Assembly (NCBI GenBank): GCA_964579955.1
Contig: CAZOJA010000001.1
Span: 1 to 53,570, forward strand
DNA: 53,570 nt
Source: an uncultured Veillonellaceae bacterium
Lineage (GTDB): Bacteria; Bacillota; Negativicutes; UBA1444
Direction of reading: 5' to 3'
Part shown: positions 48,290 to 53,570 of the stretch, one piece after another
How positions within the stretch are numbered: the stretch's first letter is position 1
How the letters are laid out: each line of letters begins with the position of its first letter
Made by a program: the position numbers and the translations under genes
The notes under the pieces: model-generated
What the model was told of the DNA's origin: nothing
Database searches by the model: none
What the model saw: the letters and a program-made list of their open reading frames with translations, nothing else

Positions 48290-48756
48290 TTTTCGTCGCC
48301 TGTTACAACCGGCTCCGGTTCGTCAGGAGTCAACAGCAGAAAATAGGCCAGGCAGGCCACGCCGCAAACGATGCAAATGTCGGCCACGTTGAAGATCGGC
48401 CAGATACGGAAGTCGAAAAAGTCAATCACGTAGCCGATGCGAACCCGATCGATCAGATTGCCGACCGCTCCGCCCACCAGTAAGCCAGTCCCCACCTTGA
48501 CCAAGCGATGGTTCGGCAAGCGAGGGTAAAGATACCCCACTCCCGCCAGTAAAACAATGGCAACCGCAATGAAAAACCAGGTTTTGTTTTCCAATATGCC
48601 GAATGCCGCTCCGGGATTCAGGATATACGTAATATGGAAAATATCCGCGATGACCGGCCAGGACTCCCCATAGGCCATGCGGGACTGTATCCAGTATTTC
48701 GTTGCCTGATCCACTGCGATAATCAAGATGGACAATCCAATCAACGCCACAGGCAT
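48286..48756 (-). CDS. lspA: Lipoprotein signal peptidase II
   Basis: 156 aa with four TMs and the NPGAAFG and FNVAD motifs. Confidence 0.93.
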   Translation of the reverse strand: MPVALIGLSILIIAVDQATKYWIQSRMAYGESWPVIADIFHITYILNPGAAFGILENKTWFFIAVAIVLLAGVGYLYPRLPNHRLVKVGTGLLVGGAVGNLIDRVRIGYVIDFFDFRIWPIFNVADICIVCGVACLAYFLLLTPDEPEPVVTGDEK

Positions 48757-48760
48757 TCTC

Positions 48761-51559
48761 TCAGACGAGTCCGGTTTCCGCCATGACGGCGCTGCAACGG
48801 TTGCACAGTCCAGGTTCTCCTGGAGCCGGCGAGTTCAGTTCGGCATGAATCCAGCATCTCTCGCATTTTTCAGCTGCCGCGGCAATAACCTGAACTGCCA
48901 AGGACAAGGATTCAGCGCGGAAAGCGGTTGTCGGCGCAGAATCGATTTGTTCGAACAACCTGACTGACGATACAATGAAATAGTTTGCCAGTTCTGTTTG
49001 TACCGAACCCAACAGTTCCAGCACCTCGCCTGTGGCATAAATCGCCAGGTCCGCATCGAGCGAGTTGCCGATTTCTTTGTTTCGGCGAGAGATCTCGAGC
49101 GCTTTGGTCACTTCGCCGCGGATTTCCAATAGCTTGTCCCATTTCGTTTCCAGGTCCGCATTCAGATATTGCGATTTGACGAGCGGCCAGGCCGACAGTT
49201 GTACGCTGAAAGGGAGACCGGCTCGTTTCGGCATGTGCTGCCAGACTTCCTCCGACGAGAACGTCAAAACTGGCGATACCATAACAACGAGTGATTCTAG
49301 CAATTCATACAGCACGGTTTGTGCACTGCGGCGGGCCGGAGAAGCCGGTGCCGAGGCATACAGCCGGTCCTTCAATATATCAAAGTAAATGGCGCTTAAA
49401 TCGACAGTGCAGAAATTGTGGATCGTATGATAAAGGGAATGGAACTGGTACTCCTCATATGCTTTTGTTACCTTCTCTCGTACCTGTTCCAGTCGTAACA
49501 ACGCCCATTGATCGATTTCCTGCAAATCGGCGTATGCGACGCAATCCCGGTTGGGATCGAAGTCATACAGGTTGCCCAGCATGTAGCGGAAAGTGTTGCG
49601 GATCTTGCGATAGACTTCGGACAATTGCTTGAGGATTTCATTGGAGATACGGATGTCGGTCTGATAATCGGCGGAGGCAACCCACAGGCGCAAAACGTCG
49701 GCGCCGTATTGTTTGATGACTTCCTGCGGATAGATGACGTTGCCGACCGATTTTGACATTTTGCGCCCTTCCCCGTCGACGACAAAGCCGTGGGTCAGGA
49801 CCGCCTTGTAGGGAGCTACGCCGCGGGTGGCCACCGAGGTCAGCAGTGAGGAATGGAACCATCCGCGATGTTGGTCACTGCCTTCCAGATACATATCGGC
49901 CGGCCACTGCAACTCCGGACGCTGGGTCAACACGGCCGCATGACTGGAGCCGCTGTCGAACCAGACATCCATCGTGTCGGTTTCCTTCCGAAACTTATCT
50001 TTGCCGCAGTGCGGGCAGACGAATCCGGCAGGCAGGATTTCGGCCGCGCTTTTTGCCCACCAGGCATTCGAACCTTCGGCGGTAAACAGTTCACTGACCG
50101 CTTTCACCGTTACATCGTTGATGAAATGTTCGCCGCAGGCTTCACAATAGAAAATCGGAATCGGCACGCCCCAGACGCGTTGTCGGGAAATGCACCAGTC
50201 CTTGCGGTCGGCGATCATGTTGTGGATTCGTTCTTCACCCCAGCCAGGAATCCATTCTACATCGCTGATTGCTTGCAGTGCATTGGCCCGGAATCCGTCG
50301 ATCGAAGCAAACCACTGTTCGGTCGAACGGAAGATGATCGGGCTTTTGCAGCGCCAGCAATGAGGATATTGGTGACGGATCGTGCCTTTGCCAAGCAAAG
50401 CGCCGATCGCTGCCAGATCCTTGAGTACAGGGATATTGGCGTCTTCGACCGTCATGCCCTGGTATTTGCCGCCCTCGGCCGTAAACTTGCCGGCATGATC
50501 GACCGGGTTGATAATCGGCAGTCCGTATTTCATGCCGGTCTCGAAGTCGTCCTGACCATGTCCCGGTGCTGTATGAACACAACCGGTACCTGCCTCCAAC
50601 GTGACATAGTCGGCCAAAACAACCGGAGACAGCCGATCAAGCAATGGATGACGGAACTTTACACCATCCGCGTCAGTCCCCTTGAACGTTTTCAACACTT
50701 TGAGTTCAGGCAAGTTGGCGGCCTTTTGAACGCTTTCCATCATACCGGTGGCCATCAGGTAGGTTTCGTCGCCGTTGGCGACCCAGGCGTATTCGAATTC
50801 CGGATGTACCGCGATGGCTACGTTGGCTGGGATCGTCCAGGGCGTGGTCGTCCAGATCACGCCAAAAACCTTGTCTGTATCGACGCCTGCCGGCAACAGC
50901 CCTTTATCGTCAACCAACGGGAATTTCACGTAAATTGCAGTGGACTTCTTTTCCGCATATTCGATTTCGGCTTCGGCCAGGGCGGTTTCACAACTGGGGC
51001 ACCAGTAGACGGACTTTAGGCCTTTGTAGATGAAACCCTGCTTCGCCATTTCGCCGAACACTTCGATCTGTTTGCCTTCATAGGCCGCATTTAGCGTGAT
51101 GTAAGGATTGTCCCAGTCACCGGCCACGCCGAGTCGCTTGAAATCCTCCCGTTGCAGGTCGAGGCAGCTCAGTGCGTATTGTCGGCATTCGCGCCGCAGA
51201 TCGAGCGGATTCAGTTCATGCCGGTTCAGGCCGAGGATCTTGATCGCCGCATGTTCAATCGGCAGTCCGTGCGTATCCCAGCCCGGCACATACGGCGCAT
51301 CGAAACCGCATAGTGATTTGTATTTTACAATGACATCCTTTAGGATCTTGTTCAGTGCGGTACCGATATGGATGTTGCCGTTAGCGTAAGGCGGGCCGTC
51401 ATGCAGCACAAATTTTGTGCGGCCGGCGGATGCAGCCTGCTTCTTTTCATAAACTTGTTCTTCTTTCCAGTATTGCAGCATCTGTGGTTCGCGTTCCGGT
51501 AGATTGGCCCGCATGGGGAATTCTGTCTGCGGCAGGTTTAGCGTTTTTGAATAATCCAA
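48761..51559 (-). CDS. ileS: Isoleucine--tRNA ligase
   Basis: TTG start after GGAGGTG. Has a HIGH-type motif ([11 protein letters not shown]), KMSKS and C-terminal CxxC...CxxC zinc motifs. Confidence 0.97.
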   Translation of the reverse strand: MDYSKTLNLPQTEFPMRANLPEREPQMLQYWKEEQVYEKKQAASAGRTKFVLHDGPPYANGNIHIGTALNKILKDVIVKYKSLCGFDAPYVPGWDTHGLPIEHAAIKILGLNRHELNPLDLRRECRQYALSCLDLQREDFKRLGVAGDWDNPYITLNAAYEGKQIEVFGEMAKQGFIYKGLKSVYWCPSCETALAEAEIEYAEKKSTAIYVKFPLVDDKGLLPAGVDTDKVFGVIWTTTPWTIPANVAIAVHPEFEYAWVANGDETYLMATGMMESVQKAANLPELKVLKTFKGTDADGVKFRHPLLDRLSPVVLADYVTLEAGTGCVHTAPGHGQDDFETGMKYGLPIINPVDHAGKFTAEGGKYQGMTVEDANIPVLKDLAAIGALLGKGTIRHQYPHCWRCKSPIIFRSTEQWFASIDGFRANALQAISDVEWIPGWGEERIHNMIADRKDWCISRQRVWGVPIPIFYCEACGEHFINDVTVKAVSELFTAEGSNAWWAKSAAEILPAGFVCPHCGKDKFRKETDTMDVWFDSGSSHAAVLTQRPELQWPADMYLEGSDQHRGWFHSSLLTSVATRGVAPYKAVLTHGFVVDGEGRKMSKSVGNVIYPQEVIKQYGADVLRLWVASADYQTDIRISNEILKQLSEVYRKIRNTFRYMLGNLYDFDPNRDCVAYADLQEIDQWALLRLEQVREKVTKAYEEYQFHSLYHTIHNFCTVDLSAIYFDILKDRLYASAPASPARRSAQTVLYELLESLVVMVSPVLTFSSEEVWQHMPKRAGLPFSVQLSAWPLVKSQYLNADLETKWDKLLEIRGEVTKALEISRRNKEIGNSLDADLAIYATGEVLELLGSVQTELANYFIVSSVRLFEQIDSAPTTAFRAESLSLAVQVIAAAAEKCERCWIHAELNSPAPGEPGLCNRCSAVMAETGLV

Positions 51560-51571
51560 AGTTACACCTCC

Positions 51572-51828
51572 AAATAGTTAAGTCCTCACATCCCGCAAGG
51601 GACGAGAGGACAATTTCCCGTGGTACCACCCTAATGACCCTAGCGGGCCACTTGCAACGCGATAACGTGCGTCAGACGGTGGAGCCTACTGCCAGTTCGG
51701 TCCACAGTTCCGGAGTGATTTTCGCCACAGTTGGTCCACCGGGCTTCCACCTTCCCCGGTTCGCTGTCAACCATGCCTTCGGGCGACCGTCTCCATCATG
51801 ACTTGTGCCAAAATATAAAGCCTTTTAC
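51572..51828 (-). promoter_or_regulatory. T-box riboswitch leader of ileS, Ile (AUC) specifier
   Basis: On the minus strand: a K-turn-like UGAUGG; stem I helix GGAG (51794..51791) / CUCC (51715..51712) flanking the loop GAAA-AUC-A (AUC at 51719..51717); T-box AGGGUGGUACCACG (51632..51619); and a terminator hairpin at 51611..51582. Confidence 0.85.
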
Positions 51829-51834
51829 CGATTA

Positions 51835-51864
51835 ATTATACAGGAATCATCTGTTATACGTCAA
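51835..51864 (-). promoter_or_regulatory. Promoter of the ileS leader
   Basis: On the minus strand: TTGACG (51864..51859), an 18-nt spacer, TATAAT (51840..51835). The -35 overlaps the stop codon of the upstream gene. Confidence 0.6.
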
Positions 51865-52658
51865 TTGCCAGAATGCGCTCCCTTTGCGAAACGTCTGGCC
51901 GGGATCGCCTGTTCACAGGGAACGCCGGTCTGGCATTTGCCACAGCCATAACGCGGACTGAAGCGTTGCTTCATGGTTTCGAGATAGGCATCGCAGAGAG
52001 CGTGATCTTTGCCGTCTTCGTTGATGGCGCCTGGAGGACAACGACGGATGCAGGCACCACAATGGTTGCAGTTCTCGTCAAAAGCCGAATAATATCGCCC
52101 ACTGGCCGGTAGTCGCCGATTTGTGATTACACTGCCCAGTCTCCCTGCCGAACCCGATTTGGTAATCAATGAACGGTTCAGGCTAATCGTTCCCAGGCCG
52201 GCGATAAATGCGACGTGACGCTCGGACCAGTTGCTGCGTCGATGGATTATGTTGAACCGCGGATCGATGGTGGGAAATATGGCCTGGTGTTCTTGTTGCT
52301 GAAGCAATGAGACCAGGAATCTACCGAACTCCACGACAAATGCCTGGCCTTCGATTCTGCCGTAGAGCCATTCCAAGGACGGTTCGCCTGCGGTTCGGTT
52401 GGAAGTGCGAACCCGCGAACTGAACGGCAGAAAAAACGAAATGACGGTTTGCGCCCCAGGCAGCCATTCTGAAGGTGTCAGATGCTGCGGACCAACTGCC
52501 GACTGCAGTTTCAGTTGACAAAACAAATCGTCATTTGCGTCGGCAAAGCCGACCAGCGGGGAATCAAACAACCGGTATTCATCCTCGGTTTTGACTTTGT
52601 TCAATGAACTGGAGTTTGTAAAGGCGCTGAGTACCGCAACGAGATCCTCAACCTGCAT
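51861..52658 (-). CDS. 4Fe-4S cluster protein, epoxyqueuosine-reductase (QueG)-like short form
   Basis: 265 aa with a ferredoxin motif CNHCGACIRRCP and a second Cys group CGKCQTGVPC. The N-terminal half resembles the QueG DUF1730 region. The assignment is tentative. Confidence 0.5.
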   Translation of the reverse strand: MQVEDLVAVLSAFTNSSSLNKVKTEDEYRLFDSPLVGFADANDDLFCQLKLQSAVGPQHLTPSEWLPGAQTVISFFLPFSSRVRTSNRTAGEPSLEWLYGRIEGQAFVVEFGRFLVSLLQQQEHQAIFPTIDPRFNIIHRRSNWSERHVAFIAGLGTISLNRSLITKSGSAGRLGSVITNRRLPASGRYYSAFDENCNHCGACIRRCPPGAINEDGKDHALCDAYLETMKQRFSPRYGCGKCQTGVPCEQAIPARRFAKGAHSGN

Positions 52659-52826
52659 GCCGTATCGTCCCCCGATTCTATTTTTTCGGGATTTCCCCCT
52701 TCATTTTATGTTATTGGCCAATCTTGGTCAAACATTCCGGGCATCTTTTATCCATTTGCAAAGAAGTGACAAAGTATTAAAAATATAGTACAAATATACT
52801 AAATAAAAATATTTTACATTTATCTA

Positions 52827-52855
52827 TTGACATTCAAATTTCACTATCCGATAAT
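52827..52855 (+). promoter_or_regulatory. Promoter of the ilv T-box leader
   Basis: TTGACA (52827-52832), a 17-nt spacer, GATAAT (52850-52855). Confidence 0.55.
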
Positions 52856-52861
52856 GTATAC

Positions 52862-53138
52862 AAAATCCTTGACAATTTAATTTTGTGAAACGTGATGACT
52901 AGGAGCGGTTTGTTTCATTGCAGCTTCAGAGAGCCGGTGGTCGGTGTGAACCGGTGCGCAGAATTGAACCTGTCGCCTACGAACCTTCCGTCTGAACGCC
53001 TTACGGTCATTAGGACGGGACGGACTGACCCTCGTTAATGGGTTGCCGTATATTTCGGCTTGAGTAAAACAAAGGGTGGTACCGCGAAACAATTCGCCCC
53101 TGATATCGCATAGCGCTGTGCGATATCAGGGGTTTTTT
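52862..53138 (+). promoter_or_regulatory. T-box riboswitch leader upstream of the ACT protein and ilvC
   Basis: K-turn UGAUGA (52893-52898), AG box CAGAGAG (52927-52933), distal loop GGUGUGA, F-box-like CGUUA, T-box AGGGUGGUACCGCG (53073-53086), and terminator CCCCTGATATCGCA-loop-TGCGATATCAGGGG plus T6 (53097-53138). Confidence 0.85.
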
Positions 53139-53186
53139 ATATTGTCAAGCAATCTGAACAATCATGGAATGAAGGAGGCGTTCGTA

Positions 53187-53438
53187 GTGAAACAGTTTTT
53201 GTCGGTAGTTTTAAGGAAGCAGTCAGATGATCTTGTTCGCTTGACTGGTCTATGTTACCGAAGGGGCGTTCCCATCGAGTGCCTCTCTTATGTAGCAGAA
53301 CCGGAAAACGGCACCGTGCGTGTGATGGCCGTTCTTGATTGCGGGAAACCGACGGCCGAGCAATTACGTCGTCAGGTCGCCAATCTGGTCAATGTCGTCG
53401 GTGCTTCCCTGTCCGATAGCGCCGCAAGTCCGCAGTAA
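53187..53438 (+). CDS. Small ACT-domain protein, acetolactate synthase regulatory-subunit-like (IlvN/IlvH type)
   Basis: GTG start 8 nt after GAAGGAGG. The 83-aa product (KQFLSVVLRKQSDDLVRLTGLCYRRGVPIECLSY...) parallels the N-terminal ACT fold of IlvH. The longer ORF start at 53076 lies inside the T-box. Confidence 0.6.
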   Translation: MKQFLSVVLRKQSDDLVRLTGLCYRRGVPIECLSYVAEPENGTVRVMAVLDCGKPTAEQLRRQVANLVNVVGASLSDSAASPQ

Positions 53439-53503
53439 GCCCGTCGAATTCGTCAAAGCAATAGTAAGCAGCAAATTTGGAACAAATATTGGAGGTACTC
53501 ATT

Positions 53504-53570
53504 ATGAAGAAATTATATTATGACCAGGACGCCAATTGGGATCTCATGCTGGACCGCAAGGTCGCCGTCA
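53504..53570 (+). CDS. ilvC: Ketol-acid reductoisomerase, 5' end (truncated by the window edge)
   Basis: The ATG at 53504 follows GGAGGT. MKKLYYDQDANWDLMLDRKVAV matches the canonical IlvC N-terminus (M.K.YYD.DA.....L..K.VAVIGYGSQG). Confidence 0.7.
   Translation, partial: MKKLYYDQDANWDLMLDRKVAV

Noticed and set aside
49853-51019. A long 388-aa plus-strand ORF antisense to ileS. Similar long antisense or off-frame ORFs occur at 26508-27407, 47138-47914, 19500-20276, 41213-41956, 35710-36354, 38191-38799, 22944-23624, 16527-17183 and 29202-29882.
   Set aside because: All lie wholly inside well-supported genes on the other strand or in another frame. They have Arg/Gly/Pro/Ala-skewed, low-complexity translations, no SD and no recognisable motifs. 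They are typical shadow ORFs in ~50% GC coding DNA.
52869-52874. A second TTGACA downstream of the ilv leader promoter, as an alternative promoter.
   Set aside because: No acceptable -10 hexamer lies at 16-18 nt (GTGATG only). That sequence is the K-turn region of the T-box stem I.

Overview
This 53.6-kb window is almost entirely core genome from a spore-forming Firmicute. Supporting markers are RNase Y and RNase J, spoVS, two T-box leaders and Cheo-type LexA boxes. The gene content looks Negativicutes- or Clostridia-like, but I cannot verify that without a search. About 50 of roughly 55 genes lie on the minus strand in tightly packed strings, many with 4-nt start/stop overlaps. From the right edge leftwards on the minus strand the order is: T-box-ileS-lspA-rluD-pyrR; a Mo-hydroxylase (FAD/FeS/Mo subunits); uxaE-uxaC-uxaA; rnj; ftsK; selU; rodZ-like; ygiQ-type radical SAM; rimO; cinA; recA-recX; rny; five small or poorly characterised genes including spoVS; miaB-mutS-mutL-methyltransferase-miaA-hfq; hflX-ynbB; and a small-membrane-protein/VanW-G5/PilZN-MinD operon. 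The plus strand carries a PHP phosphoesterase, an RDD protein, a DUF4349-like lipoprotein, a PPi-type phosphofructokinase, lexA, rqcH, and a T-box-controlled ACT protein followed by the start of ilvC. I found no rRNA or tRNA genes, IS elements, prophage genes, CRISPR array or recognisable defence island. The SOS circuitry is readable directly: three boxes between lexA and a yneA-like gene, and one box inside the recA promoter spacer. The best candidates for undescribed biology are modest. They are a Walker-A NTPase fused to an Asp23 domain next to spoVS, a MinD/FlhG-type ATPase carrying a PilZN barrel, a translationally coupled pair of half-size TSUP permeases, an orphan gene in the slot where Bacillus has ymdB, and a dense run of tandem microduplications downstream of the yneA-like gene. 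All functional calls come from motif recognition by eye and need HMM or BLAST confirmation.
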